This document shows positions 39,691-50,753 of a DNA stretch of 64,000 bases, one piece after another. Position 1 is the stretch's first letter; every line of letters starts with the position of its first letter. Location: assembly GCA_965228895.1 (NCBI GenBank), contig OZ245842.1:4160001-4224000 (forward strand), given 5' to 3'. The stretch comes from Alphaproteobacteria bacterium. GTDB taxonomy: Bacteria > Pseudomonadota > Alphaproteobacteria > SP197. The notes under the pieces are model-generated. The model did no database searches. It saw only the letters and a list, made by a program, of their open reading frames with translations, and was not told where the DNA came from. The translations under genes were made by a program, and so were the position numbers.

Positions 39691-41813
39691 ACGCCGAGCA
39701 GCCGGACCTAACCAACGCGACAACGCTGGCCCAGGTCCTTGCTCGCCGCGCCTCGGGGACCGACCCCAACTGGTCGATCACGTTTCTCGACAGCACCGGA
39801 AACGAGGCCGATCGCTGGAGTCTGGGTGATCTGGAGACCCGAACCCGTACGATTGCCGCACGGCTGGGCGCCGCCACCGCGCCTGGCGATCCCGTCCTGC
39901 TGGTGTTTCAACCGGGCTTGGAGTTTTTCGCCGGCTTCCTGGCATGCCAATGGTCCGGCCGGCTTGCGGTGCCGATCAATCCGCCGCGACGCAACCGTCT
40001 GCTTGGCCGGCTGGAGTCCGTGGTCCGCGACTGTGGTGCGAAGGTCGGGTTAAACGGTCCCGGCCTCCTGGACTCTGTCAGCCAATGGCAGTCGACCAGC
40101 CCGGTCCTCGCCGATATCGAGTGGCACGATGTCGACCGTTTGGACGAGGTACTTGCCGGCCAACCTCATGACGCCCAACCCGACGACGTTGCGTTCATCC
40201 AATACACCTCCGGCTCCACGTCCCAGCCCAAGGGCGTCAAAGTCTCGAACCGCAACCTGATGGACGACATGGCGCGTATGGCCGATGTCTGGGCGATCAC
40301 GCCCGACAGCGTCATGGTGACCTGGTTGCCGGCATTTCACGATCTCGGCCTCATCTTCGGCCTGCTACAGCCGCTCTTTTCCGGTTGTCCCGTGGTTCAG
40401 CTCGCGCCCAATTCATTTCTGCAACGTCCAGGCCTCTGGCTCGAGGCGATCACGCGCTATCGCGGCACGCACTCCGCGGCACCGAGCTTTGCCTACGACC
40501 TCTGCTGCCGGCGTATTCCTGAAGACCAGAGAGCCGCCCTGGACCTTTCAAGCCTGGTCATGACGATGAACGCGGCCGAACCCATCAACCCTGAGGTTTT
40601 TGAGCGTTTCGCCACGACGTTCGCTGCCGTCGGCTTTCAGCGCGATGCGTTCGCGCCTGCCTACGGGCTGGCGGAATCGACGCTGGCGGTAACCGCCAAC
40701 CCGACCGGTCATAAACCGGTCATGGTTCGCCTGGACACCGCCGCGCTGGAAAACCACACCATCAAACTGGCACCGGACGGCGACCCGTCGGGCAGGGTCC
40801 TGGCCGGTTGCGGTGCGCCGCTGCCGGATGTGCCGATCGCCATCGTCGACCCCGACACACAACGACGGTTGACGCCGGATCAGGTCGGCGAGATCTGGGT
40901 TGGCGGCCCGACGATTGCGCAGGGTTATTGGAAGCGCGACGACGAAACCGCCGCCACGTTCGGTGTCACGATTGATGGCGACACCGACACAGCGGGCTAC
41001 CTGCGTACAGGCGACCTGGGCGCCATGATCGATGGCGAGCTCGTCGTCACCGGACGTTTCAAGGACCTGATCATCATCAACGGCACCAACCACTATCCTC
41101 AGGATATCGAACGTACGGCTCAGTCAGCCCATCCGGCGCTTCGGATCGACAACGGCGCGGCTTTTTCGATTGAAGATGATCACGGCGTCGAACGGGTTAC
41201 CTTGGTGCAGGAGGTGGAGCGAACACAACGCAAGGCCGATCCCGCACCCGTCTTCGAAGCGGTCTCGGACGCGGTGTGGCGCACACTTGAGATTCCGATC
41301 GCCCGCACGGTCCTCGTCGACCCGGGCGCGGTCCTGCGGACATCCAGCGGCAAAATCCAACGCCTGGCGAACAAGCAAGCATACTTGGACGGCAAGCTGC
41401 CGATCATCGCCGAATGGCGCGCGACCACTGAGGCCGCCGCTGACGGGCCCGCTGCCGACCGCGACGCGCATGGTAAGGCCGATGGTCATGCCGACCTGAC
41501 GTCGTGGATCGTGACCTGGCTGGCCAAGCGGCTCGACGTGCCGGTTGGACAAATCGCCGTTGACCGCGGGTTCGCGGAGCTGGGGCTGGCCTCCATCGAT
41601 GCCGCAGAGTTTGCCTTCGATCTGGGCGACCACGTCGGACGCGAACTGCCCGAGACGCTCGCCTTCGACTACCCGACGGTGGCACGTGTTGTCGGACGCT
41701 TGTCAGGCGACACGGCGGACGGAAGATCGGAAACACCATCGCGGCGGGCCCCCGTCCAGCAAGGTTCCGACCTGGAGGATCTGTTGTCGGCCATTGAGCA
41801 GGAGAGCCCGTGA
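39651..41813 (+). CDS. Fatty acyl-AMP ligase (FAAL) + ACP loading protein
   Basis: AFIQYTSGSTSQPKGV, WLPAFHDLGLI, YGLAESTL, NHYPQDIE and RTSSGKIQR motifs. C-terminal ACP ELGLASI...FDYPT. Start overlaps the ABC gene end. Confidence 0.93.
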   Translation: MEETARAGHPPNLDAEQPDLTNATTLAQVLARRASGTDPNWSITFLDSTGNEADRWSLGDLETRTRTIAARLGAATAPGDPVLLVFQPGLEFFAGFLACQWSGRLAVPINPPRRNRLLGRLESVVRDCGAKVGLNGPGLLDSVSQWQSTSPVLADIEWHDVDRLDEVLAGQPHDAQPDDVAFIQYTSGSTSQPKGVKVSNRNLMDDMARMADVWAITPDSVMVTWLPAFHDLGLIFGLLQPLFSGCPVVQLAPNSFLQRPGLWLEAITRYRGTHSAAPSFAYDLCCRRIPEDQRAALDLSSLVMTMNAAEPINPEVFERFATTFAAVGFQRDAFAPAYGLAESTLAVTANPTGHKPVMVRLDTAALENHTIKLAPDGDPSGRVLAGCGAPLPDVPIAIVDPDTQRRLTPDQVGEIWVGGPTIAQGYWKRDDETAATFGVTIDGDTDTAGYLRTGDLGAMIDGELVVTGRFKDLIIINGTNHYPQDIERTAQSAHPALRIDNGAAFSIEDDHGVERVTLVQEVERTQRKADPAPVFEAVSDAVWRTLEIPIARTVLVDPGAVLRTSSGKIQRLANKQAYLDGKLPIIAEWRATTEAAADGPAADRDAHGKADGHADLTSWIVTWLAKRLDVPVGQIAVDRGFAELGLASIDAAEFAFDLGDHVGRELPETLAFDYPTVARVVGRLSGDTADGRSETPSRRAPVQQGSDLEDLLSAIEQESP

Positions 41814-44800
41814 CCGCCGATCCCGCAGCCAAGGACGTGCTGCGCGAACGTCTGGCGCGCCTGAAAGCAGACCAGATCGCCGAGCTGGTTCTGGACCTTC
41901 AGTCACGCATCGACGGGCTGCGCGCCGAGCTGACGGCCGGCCATGAACCGATCGCGATTGTCGGTCAGGCTTGCCGTTTGCCCCATGCCGGTGGTGTCGA
42001 GGACTTCAAGCGCTTGCTGTTCGCCGGCGAGAACGCCGTCGGCGCGCCGCCCACCGATCGTCCCGAGGCCGACGGCCTGCCGCCGGCAGGTTACATCGCC
42101 GATATCGATCGTTTCGATGCGGGCTTCTTTGGCTTCCGCGCCGGCGAAGCCGCCGCCATGGATCCGCAGCACCGTCTGCTGATGGAACTTGCGTGGCACG
42201 CTCTGGAGGACGCCGGCTATGCCGACCGCCATCGCCGGCCGTCCAACACCGGCATCTTTGTCGGTGTCAGCACCAGCGACTATGAAGAGCGGTTTCGCGG
42301 CGTCGCACACCGGGGCTTCACGCCCCAGGCGATAACCGGCAACGCGCGCAGCATCGCCGCCGGACGCCTGGCCCATTGGCTCGACACGACCGGACCGGCA
42401 TTGGCCTTGGACACCGCCTGCTCATCATCACTGGTCGCTGTCCACATCGCTTGCTTGTCGCTTCGGTCGGGTTCCTGCGACATGGCCGTCGCTGCCGGCG
42501 TCAATGCGTTGCTGGAAGGCGATCTGAGCGACGGTTTTGAAGCCGCCGGGATGCTGAGCACAGACCACGCCTGCAAGACATTTGATGCTGACGCCAACGG
42601 TTATGTCCGCGGCGAAGGCGGCGGGGTCATCGTGCTGAAACGCCTGTCCGATGCCGAACGTGACGGCGATGTCATCCGCGCTGTCGTAAGGGGCGGCGCG
42701 ATCAACCACGACGGCCGCGCAAGCGCGCTGACGGCACCCAACGGGTCCGCGCAAATTTCGGTCATTCGCGCAGCCCTGGAAAACGCCGGGTTGGCGCCAG
42801 CGGACGTGCAGGTCGTTGAGTGTCACGGGACCGGCACGCCCCTCGGCGATCCGATCGAGGTCCAAGCGCTCGGCGAGGCCTATGGCCCGACCCGAGAAAG
42901 CGACCTGATGCTGGGCGCCGTCAAAACTAACATTGGTCACCTTGAAGCCGCCGCAGGCATCGCCGGCCTGATCAAGATGGTGCTCGCTTTGGAGGCCGGC
43001 CAACTGCCGCCGACCCTCCACCAGACCAGCCTCAATCCCCGGATTGCATGGAACACGCTGCCTGTCCGCGTCATCGACAAGCCGACGGATTGGCCATCGT
43101 GCCCGACACGGCGGGGCGGCGTCAGCAGCTTCGGCTTCAGCGGCACCAACGCGCACATCATTCTGGAGGCCGCACCCGAGGTTGAGCCCAAGGCACCGAC
43201 CGAACAGGCGCTGACAGTCCTGCCGCTGAGCGCCCCCGATCAAGAGGGCGTCTCACGGCTCGCAGCCGCCCTAGCTCACGAGATCGACGTACGACCCGAC
43301 CTAGACCCGGCCGCCGTGACGGCTGCGTCGGCGTTCGGGCGCGAGACGTTCGCCGAGCGCGCCGCGGCGGCAGGCGCAACCCGCGACGATCTGATCGACG
43401 CGTTGAAAGCCATCGCCGACGGTGGAGGCGCCAGGGGCGCCGCCACGTCGGGACCCGTCAGAATTGCCTTCCTGTTTACCGGCCAGGGCAGCCAGTGGTC
43501 GGGCATGGGCCGGGACCTCTATGACGGCGACGCCGACTTCAAGGCGATCATCGACGCATGTGCCGGGGTGCTCGAACCGCACCTGCCCTACCCGCTTGCC
43601 GGCCTCATGTTCGACGACCGCCACGAGGACCTTCTGCTCGATACGGCGATCGCCCAGCCGACCTTGTTTGTTCTGGAGTATGCGCTGGCCAAGCGGCTCG
43701 AAGCCTGGGGCATCGTGCCCGACATTATGATCGGCCACAGTCTGGGCGAGTTGGTTGCCGCATGTCTGGCGGGCGTGATGCCGCTCGACGACGCGTTGAA
43801 GCTGACGGCCGAGCGCGGTCGCTTGATGGGTTCTCTGCCGCGCGATGGCGCCATGGCCGCCGTGTTCGCCCCGATCGCCGTCGTCGAACCGTTCTTGGCC
43901 GAGCATGCGGGCCACGTCGATATCGCCGCGATCAATGGCCCGGAAGACTGTGTGATATCCGGCGAGGCCAAGTCCGTCGACGCGATCTGCGATGCCTTGG
44001 AAGCTCAGGACATAGGCTGCCAGCGGCTGCGCGTCAGCCACGCATTCCATTCGGCTCTGATGGAACCGGTGCTCAAGACGTTTCAACAGGCCGTTGCCGG
44101 CGTGTCGTTGTCGCCACCGCGCATCCCGGTGGTCTCGAACGTCACGGCGACGATCGATGCGCCCCTTACCGATCCCGCCTATTGGGCGCGCCATGTTCGC
44201 GAACCCGTGCGCTTCGCCGACGGCATGGCCACTGTGATCGAACACGGCGCGACGGTTCTGGTGGAGGTCGGCGCGACAAGCGCGTTGATCGGCATGGCCC
44301 AACGGTCGCTCGCCGATGCCGGCAATCCGATCACGTTCATCCCGACCCTTCGCCGCAACAGGCCGGCGGCACAGGGCCTCGGCGCGGCGCTCGCCCAGCT
44401 GTTCGTCGCCGGTGCGCCGATCGAGTGGTCCGCGTTTGTCGCGGACACACCACGCGCCGTGCTGCCGGGTTATCCGTTCGCCGACGAACGCCATTGGACG
44501 CCACGGCCGTCACGGCAGGCCGGTGCGTTGCGGCAGCCGATCGCTGCCGGTTCATCCACACAGAGCAGCGAAGCGCCTTCGGCCGTCAGCACGCCCGCTT
44601 CGCCTCAAGAGATTCGCGAAACCGTGCGCGCCCTGCTTGCGCGCTCCATGCAGTTGGAGCCGGCCGCGTTGGATGCCGATATCGGGTTGTTCGAGCTTGG
44701 TGTCGACTCCCTCGCGTTGACCGAGGCTATCGCGGCGGTCGAACGGCGTTGGCGGATGACGCTCGCGCGCCAAGCCGTGTTCGCGGAATACAACAGCGCG

Positions 44801-47800
44801 CGCCGGCTGGTTGCGCATGTGGTCGACGCCATTTCGAACCAGGCCGGCAGCGCGGTGGGCGATGTCGCCCCTCAGCCCGTCGCCGACCAGTATGCCCCGC
44901 CGCCGCCCCGGCCATCGTCGGAAGCGCCGGCGGCAACGCAGCAAGCCGGCCTCAGTGAAAAGGCCCGGGCCTATCTGGACGGTTTCGCACGCGACTATGT
45001 CGAGCGAAGTGGCGCGTCGCGCCGGCAACGCGAGACCTACGGTAAGGTCCTTGCCGACAGCCGCGCCGTTGCCGGGTATCGCGCTGAAACCAAGGCAATG
45101 CTCTACCCCATCATCGGCGCCAAAGGATCCGGCAGTCACATCGTTGACCTGGACGGCAACGACTACGTTTCCTTGACGATGGGTTTCGGCGTCCAGCTAT
45201 TCGGCCATAACCCGGCGTTTGTGGTCGACGCCATGCAGCGTCACCTGGCCGAACAAGGTTTGTTTATGGGCCCGCAGGCATCGCTCGCCGGCGAGGTCGC
45301 CGCGCGGATTGCCCGGCTGACCGGTAACGAACGGGTTCTCTTCTGCAATACCGGCACCGAGGCCGTGATGACCGCGCTCAGGATCGCGCGGCACACGACC
45401 GGACGGTCCCTGGTCGCGATGTTCGCCGGCTCCTACCACGGGCATTTCGACGGCACGCTTGCCCGTTCCGGGCCTGACGGTCAAAGCGCGGCGCTGGCCG
45501 GCGGTACGCCCGACGGCATGGTCAGGGATGTGCTCGTTCTGGACTATGACGACCCCGATGGTTCCCTTGAGACGCTTCAGCAATTTGCCGGTCAATTGGC
45601 GGCGGTCATCGTCGAACCGGTTCAAAGCCGCCGGCCGAGCCTACAGCCACGCCAATTCCTGCAACAGCTCCGCGCCTTCACCGAAGAAGCCGGCGCGGCC
45701 CTCGTGTTCGACGATGTGTTGTTGGGTTTCCGCGTCGCCCAAGGCGGGTCACAGGCCTGGGCCGATGTGCGCGCCGATCTCGTCACCTACGGCAAGATCG
45801 TCGGCGGCGGCCTGCCAATCGGCGTCGTCGCCGGGCGGCACGCGTACTTGGACGCCATCGACGGCGGAACCTGGACGTTCGACGGCGATGACGTACCGCA
45901 GGAATCCCGCACCTTCTTCGCCGGTACGTTCAATAAGAACCCGATGACCATGGCGGCCTCGAACGCCGTTCTGACCCATCTGGAGGAAGCCGGGCCGCAG
46001 CTTCAGGAAACGCTGAACGCGCGCACGGCAGATTTCTGCGATCGTCTGAATGCCGTACTCGCGGAAGAACAGACGCCACTTCGCGTTGATCACTTTGCGT
46101 CGGTGTTCCGGTTCAGCGGCGCCAACGACCTCTTCTTCAACCACCTCATCGCCAACGGCGTTTACGTGTGGGAAGGACGCACGTGCTTCCTGTCGACGGC
46201 GCACACGGATGCGGATCTGGATCGTGTTGAAGACGCCGTGCGCAAAAGTGTCCGCGCCATGCTGCCCGCAGGCCTCATCGCGACGCGCACGTCATCCCGG
46301 GAACCCCGGACGGTTCTGACAACACCCGGGCAACAGGCGCTATGGGTCCTGGCAGCATTCAGCCCCGAGACATCATCGGCCTACAACCAATCGCTCGTGC
46401 TCGACCTCGGCGGCGATCTCGACCAGGCGGCGCTCACGCACGCGCTTCAAACCTTGGTCGAGCGGCATGATTCGTTGCGCTCCCGTTTTTCCGATGATGG
46501 CGAATACCAGACAATCCTTGACCCGGCCCCCGTCGACTTGGAACAGGTCGACCTAGCCGACACGGAAGACTCGACCGGCGACGCCTGGATCGAAACAGAG
46601 GCGTCGCAGGCGTTCGATCTGGAAGCCGGCCCGGTGCTGCGGGCCACCTTGCTGCGGCTGTCGCCCGATCGCCACAGGCTGGTTTTGATCCAACCCCATA
46701 TCGTGACCGACGGCTGGTCGATGCAGGTTTTGGCGGTCGAGTTGGGCGCACTCTATTCCGCTTTCCGTAGCGGGAAGAAACCCACGCTATCGTCGGCGCC
46801 GCCTTATCGTGTCTACGCCGACCGCGCGCGGGAGATGGCTGCGGCGCCGGAGGCCGCGGCCCATTGGCGCGGGCTCTACGCAACCGTGCCGCCAACCCTC
46901 GATCTGCCGACCGACCGGCCGCGACCCAAACTTCAAGCCTTTGACGGCGACTGCATCTACCACGGGCTATCCGCTGCTCTATCCGAGCGGCTGGAACAGC
47001 GTGCGCGCGCACTCGGTTGTTCGCTCTTCACCCTGTGCCTGGCCGGCTACGCACGGCTGCTCAGCCAATTGAGCGGACAAGGTGACCTGGCCATTGCGAT
47101 CTTCGCGGCAGGACAGCCGCTGGTCGGCGAACGGTCGCTGACCGGATACTGCGTCGCCACCTTGCCGGTCCGGCTCAACGGCGCGGACACATCCTCAAGC
47201 CGCGATCTTGTGACCGGGACACATCAGGCGATGTCGGACGCGTTGGCTTACCCCGGCTATCCCTTCTCGTCGCTGATCAAGGCACTTGGCATGAAGCGCG
47301 ACCCGTCGCGCCCGCCCTTGACCGGCGTTTCCTTCAATCTCGACCGGTTGGATGCCGAACCGCAATTCGACGGTCTGACGACAACGCTGGGGGCCAACGC
47401 CCATGGCAGCGTGCGGTGGGATCTCAACTGGAACATGCTGGCCAGTGCGGACGGCTTGCAGATCGAAGCCAACTTCAACAGCGGCCTGTTCGACCGGCAG
47501 CGTGTCGAAGACTGGGTTTCGACCTATGTTGCCATTCTCGACGACCTCTGCGACGAGACGGATAAGGCACCGCAGCCGGCAACGCCGGACACCCCATCCG
47601 ACGTGCAGACTCTCGCGCACCGGGTCGCCACGTGGGCAGCAACAACACCGGATGCCGTTGCGGTGCTGGATCGCGACGGTGCGACCGACTACGCGGCGCT
47701 TGACCGGTCGGCCGCCGGCCTTGCCGGGCGTCTGACGGCGGCCGGTATCGGTCGCGGTGACCGGGTCGCGTTCAAACTTGATCGAGGTGCCGGGCCGGTC

Positions 47801-50731
47801 GTCGCGATGCTTGCCGCCGCGCGCATCGGCGCGGCGTTCGTGCCCCTCGATCCCGATCATCCCGCCGATCACCATGCCTTTATCCTGCGCGATAGCGGCG
47901 CACGGCTGTTGATCACCGAACCGTCGGGCGACCACGCGGCGTTGGATCTACCGGTCATCGCCTGGCGATCGGATGACGATGAGCCGTCGAGCATGCCGGC
48001 GCCATGCGGTGTTGCGCCCGACGATCTCGCCTACGTGCTCTATACCTCCGGCTCGACCGGCAGGCCCAAGGGCGTCATGGTGCCGTGGCGGGCGGTCGAG
48101 ACCTATAGCGCCGCTCTGCTGGCGCGGCTCGGTGTCGACACGCCGACCTCGTTCGCCATCGTGACCTCGTTTGCCGCCGACCTCGGCTACACATCGGTGT
48201 TCGGCGCCCTGCGCTCGGGCGGCGCGCTGCACGCGATCGATGCCGAAGCCGCGCGTGATCCCAACCAGTTGATCGCGTGGTTCCAAGACCACCCGGTCGA
48301 CATGATGAAGATCGTGCCGACCCACATGGCCGCCCTGATGACGGCGCCCGACGCGCGTACCCTGCTACCGCGCAACGCCCTGATCTTCGGCGGCGACGTC
48401 TTGACCTATGACCTCGTCGACCGGTTCCGCGCGCTGGGCGGCGATTGCCGGATCTTCAACCACTATGGCCCGACGGAAACCACGGTCGGCGCCACCATGA
48501 TCGAGGTCACAGACGGTCTTCGGCAGCCCGATGACGTGGCGGTTCCGATAGGCCGGCCGCTTGACGGTTACACCATCGAGGTTATCGGAGAAGATGGTGG
48601 CCTGCTGGACGCCGGCATAACCGGCGAGCTGCGGATCGCGGGTCCGGCGGTCGCAGCCGGCTACGTGACGCCTCATGGACAAGAGCGCGCCAGGTTCAGC
48701 CGCGGCGTAGACGGCCTTGCCCGCTATGCCACGGGCGATCTCGGCCGCCGGCGTGACGACGGCATCATCGAGTTCGCCGGACGCAAGGACGATGTGGTGA
48801 AGATCCGCGGGCATCAGGTCGACCCCGCGGGGATCGCGACACTGATGCGCAGCCACCCGGCTGTCCGCGACGCCGCCGTCTTGATCGACCGGCAGGCGGG
48901 CCGCGCACCCCGTTTGGTGGCTGTTGTTGTTACCGACGACCCGGTGGACACGATTGCAGCCTGGCTGTCGGAGAAGGTGCCGGCCGCGCTGTGTCCCTCA
49001 CAGATGACAGCGCTTGACGCCATACCGCTGAATGCCAACGGCAAGGTGGATCGTACCGCCCTGCTCGCATCGCTCGAACGCCCCCATCACGATGCCGCGC
49101 ACGCCGCAGCGTCAGAAGGCGGCCGCGTCGAGATCATGTGTTCGATTTGGCGCGAGGTGCTGGAAGTCGAACTGGTTGGGCCAAATGACGACTTCTTTGC
49201 CCTGGGCGGCGACTCGATCGTGGCGATCCGCGTCGCCGGCAAGGCCCGATCGGCCGGTCTGACGATCAGCCCGTCTCAGATCTTCGAACACGCCACGCCA
49301 GCCACTTTGGCGGCCGTCGCGACATCCGTCGATGACGAGGCGCCGAAGAGCCGCGACCTGGTGGCCGGGATCACGCCGCTAACGCCCATCCAGCGCTGGT
49401 TCATGGCGATCGACATGGCAAAGCGGAACCAATGGGCGCTGACCGCGGTCTTCGACCTACCGGCGGCCACGACGCCCGACCGACTCACACAGGCGTTGTC
49501 GGTGCTGATCAAACGGCATGACGCCCTACGCACCGCGCTGCGGCACGATAACGGCGTTGCCGGTCAACAGGTCGTGGACGACGGGCACGCGCCCACGGTG
49601 ATTACGTGCGAGATGAGCGAAGAGAACACCGCCGACCGGACAAAAGCCGAAGATGAACTCGCAAACAGGCTGGTCGCAAGCCTGGACCTGGACCGGGGCC
49701 AGGTGATGGCCGCCGGCCTGATCACATCCCCGTCGGGTAACGTCAAACGCCTGGTTGTCGCCGCCCATCACGTCGCTTTCGACATGGTGTCCTGGGGTAT
49801 CGTCGCGGAAGATATCGAGATCGCCCTGACCAGAGGAGCCGACGCCATCCCACCAGTGGCAACGCCATGGTCGTGGTGGTGCAGCCAATTGGCCGGGTAC
49901 GCGGAGGCCGCGCGTCCGCAGCTGGACTATTGGCAGTCGGTGGAAAAAGAGGGTTCGACGGCTATCCCGTTCGATCACGTGGACGGTGCCAACGCCGAAG
50001 GCGACGCAAGGGAGATAGAACGGGAGATCAATGCTGAAGTCACGGAGACTCTGCTGACATCGTCCGCCGAGACCTACGGCATGCAGGCCCACGAAATCGT
50101 GCTGGCTGCACTTGGCCGCGCCCTGGTGGGTTGGTCAGAGGCGCCGACCATCGTGGAACTGGAAGGCCATGGACGCGAGCCGTTGGATCCCACGGTCGAT
50201 CTGTCACGCACCGTCGGCTGGTTCACGACACGTTACCCGCTTGCCCTGCCAATTGCGCCGGCGGGCGATCCGCGCGATTGGCTTGTCGCCGTCAAGGAAG
50301 CCGTTCGCGAGATACCGCAGCGCGGCATGGGCTATGGCCTGCTGCGATACCTCGACGGCGCCGATCTGACCGCCGGACCGACGGTCTCCTACAACTTCGT
50401 CGGCGAGATAACGCGGTATGGCGGTGATCTGGGCCTGGTTCGGCTGGGCGCAGGCCAGGAGCGCGATCCCGCGGCACAGCGCCCGCACCTGTTGGTCTTC
50501 ACCGCCTGGCTCGACAACGGCGCGCTTTGCCTGCGGTGCCAGCATGCCGGCAAGCACGCAACGGCCACCGTAAGCGCCCTGCTTGATAACATCGTCCTTG
50601 AGATCACGAACCTTGCCGAGCATTGCGCGACCGCATCGGGGCGCGTCTACACGCCTGGCGACTTTACCGATGTTGATTTCAGTCAGGATGAGTTGGATCA
50701 GCTCACCGCTGACATTCTGGGGTCAGACTGA
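41810..50731 (+). CDS. Hybrid PKS-NRPS: KS-AT-ACP-aminotransferase-C-A-T-E (2973 aa)
   Basis: KS DTACSSS/HGTGT/NIGH; AT GHSLG and HAFHS (malonyl type); ACP GVDSL; class-III aminotransferase GTEA...TYGKIVGGG; C PHIVTDG; A YTSGSTG; T GGDSI; E HHVAFD, EGHGRE, RTVGWFT. Confidence 0.95.
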   Translation: MTADPAAKDVLRERLARLKADQIAELVLDLQSRIDGLRAELTAGHEPIAIVGQACRLPHAGGVEDFKRLLFAGENAVGAPPTDRPEADGLPPAGYIADIDRFDAGFFGFRAGEAAAMDPQHRLLMELAWHALEDAGYADRHRRPSNTGIFVGVSTSDYEERFRGVAHRGFTPQAITGNARSIAAGRLAHWLDTTGPALALDTACSSSLVAVHIACLSLRSGSCDMAVAAGVNALLEGDLSDGFEAAGMLSTDHACKTFDADANGYVRGEGGGVIVLKRLSDAERDGDVIRAVVRGGAINHDGRASALTAPNGSAQISVIRAALENAGLAPADVQVVECHGTGTPLGDPIEVQALGEAYGPTRESDLMLGAVKTNIGHLEAAAGIAGLIKMVLALEAGQLPPTLHQTSLNPRIAWNTLPVRVIDKPTDWPSCPTRRGGVSSFGFSGTNAHIILEAAPEVEPKAPTEQALTVLPLSAPDQEGVSRLAAALAHEIDVRPDLDPAAVTAASAFGRETFAERAAAAGATRDDLIDALKAIADGGGARGAATSGPVRIAFLFTGQGSQWSGMGRDLYDGDADFKAIIDACAGVLEPHLPYPLAGLMFDDRHEDLLLDTAIAQPTLFVLEYALAKRLEAWGIVPDIMIGHSLGELVAACLAGVMPLDDALKLTAERGRLMGSLPRDGAMAAVFAPIAVVEPFLAEHAGHVDIAAINGPEDCVISGEAKSVDAICDALEAQDIGCQRLRVSHAFHSALMEPVLKTFQQAVAGVSLSPPRIPVVSNVTATIDAPLTDPAYWARHVREPVRFADGMATVIEHGATVLVEVGATSALIGMAQRSLADAGNPITFIPTLRRNRPAAQGLGAALAQLFVAGAPIEWSAFVADTPRAVLPGYPFADERHWTPRPSRQAGALRQPIAAGSSTQSSEAPSAVSTPASPQEIRETVRALLARSMQLEPAALDADIGLFELGVDSLALTEAIAAVERRWRMTLARQAVFAEYNSARRLVAHVVDAISNQAGSAVGDVAPQPVADQYAPPPPRPSSEAPAATQQAGLSEKARAYLDGFARDYVERSGASRRQRETYGKVLADSRAVAGYRAETKAMLYPIIGAKGSGSHIVDLDGNDYVSLTMGFGVQLFGHNPAFVVDAMQRHLAEQGLFMGPQASLAGEVAARIARLTGNERVLFCNTGTEAVMTALRIARHTTGRSLVAMFAGSYHGHFDGTLARSGPDGQSAALAGGTPDGMVRDVLVLDYDDPDGSLETLQQFAGQLAAVIVEPVQSRRPSLQPRQFLQQLRAFTEEAGAALVFDDVLLGFRVAQGGSQAWADVRADLVTYGKIVGGGLPIGVVAGRHAYLDAIDGGTWTFDGDDVPQESRTFFAGTFNKNPMTMAASNAVLTHLEEAGPQLQETLNARTADFCDRLNAVLAEEQTPLRVDHFASVFRFSGANDLFFNHLIANGVYVWEGRTCFLSTAHTDADLDRVEDAVRKSVRAMLPAGLIATRTSSREPRTVLTTPGQQALWVLAAFSPETSSAYNQSLVLDLGGDLDQAALTHALQTLVERHDSLRSRFSDDGEYQTILDPAPVDLEQVDLADTEDSTGDAWIETEASQAFDLEAGPVLRATLLRLSPDRHRLVLIQPHIVTDGWSMQVLAVELGALYSAFRSGKKPTLSSAPPYRVYADRAREMAAAPEAAAHWRGLYATVPPTLDLPTDRPRPKLQAFDGDCIYHGLSAALSERLEQRARALGCSLFTLCLAGYARLLSQLSGQGDLAIAIFAAGQPLVGERSLTGYCVATLPVRLNGADTSSSRDLVTGTHQAMSDALAYPGYPFSSLIKALGMKRDPSRPPLTGVSFNLDRLDAEPQFDGLTTTLGANAHGSVRWDLNWNMLASADGLQIEANFNSGLFDRQRVEDWVSTYVAILDDLCDETDKAPQPATPDTPSDVQTLAHRVATWAATTPDAVAVLDRDGATDYAALDRSAAGLAGRLTAAGIGRGDRVAFKLDRGAGPVVAMLAAARIGAAFVPLDPDHPADHHAFILRDSGARLLITEPSGDHAALDLPVIAWRSDDDEPSSMPAPCGVAPDDLAYVLYTSGSTGRPKGVMVPWRAVETYSAALLARLGVDTPTSFAIVTSFAADLGYTSVFGALRSGGALHAIDAEAARDPNQLIAWFQDHPVDMMKIVPTHMAALMTAPDARTLLPRNALIFGGDVLTYDLVDRFRALGGDCRIFNHYGPTETTVGATMIEVTDGLRQPDDVAVPIGRPLDGYTIEVIGEDGGLLDAGITGELRIAGPAVAAGYVTPHGQERARFSRGVDGLARYATGDLGRRRDDGIIEFAGRKDDVVKIRGHQVDPAGIATLMRSHPAVRDAAVLIDRQAGRAPRLVAVVVTDDPVDTIAAWLSEKVPAALCPSQMTALDAIPLNANGKVDRTALLASLERPHHDAAHAAASEGGRVEIMCSIWREVLEVELVGPNDDFFALGGDSIVAIRVAGKARSAGLTISPSQIFEHATPATLAAVATSVDDEAPKSRDLVAGITPLTPIQRWFMAIDMAKRNQWALTAVFDLPAATTPDRLTQALSVLIKRHDALRTALRHDNGVAGQQVVDDGHAPTVITCEMSEENTADRTKAEDELANRLVASLDLDRGQVMAAGLITSPSGNVKRLVVAAHHVAFDMVSWGIVAEDIEIALTRGADAIPPVATPWSWWCSQLAGYAEAARPQLDYWQSVEKEGSTAIPFDHVDGANAEGDAREIEREINAEVTETLLTSSAETYGMQAHEIVLAALGRALVGWSEAPTIVELEGHGREPLDPTVDLSRTVGWFTTRYPLALPIAPAGDPRDWLVAVKEAVREIPQRGMGYGLLRYLDGADLTAGPTVSYNFVGEITRYGGDLGLVRLGAGQERDPAAQRPHLLVFTAWLDNGALCLRCQHAGKHATATVSALLDNIVLEITNLAEHCATASGRVYTPGDFTDVDFSQDELDQLTADILGSD

Positions 50732-50753
50732 TCTTACCAGGCTTTTGGTGCGC

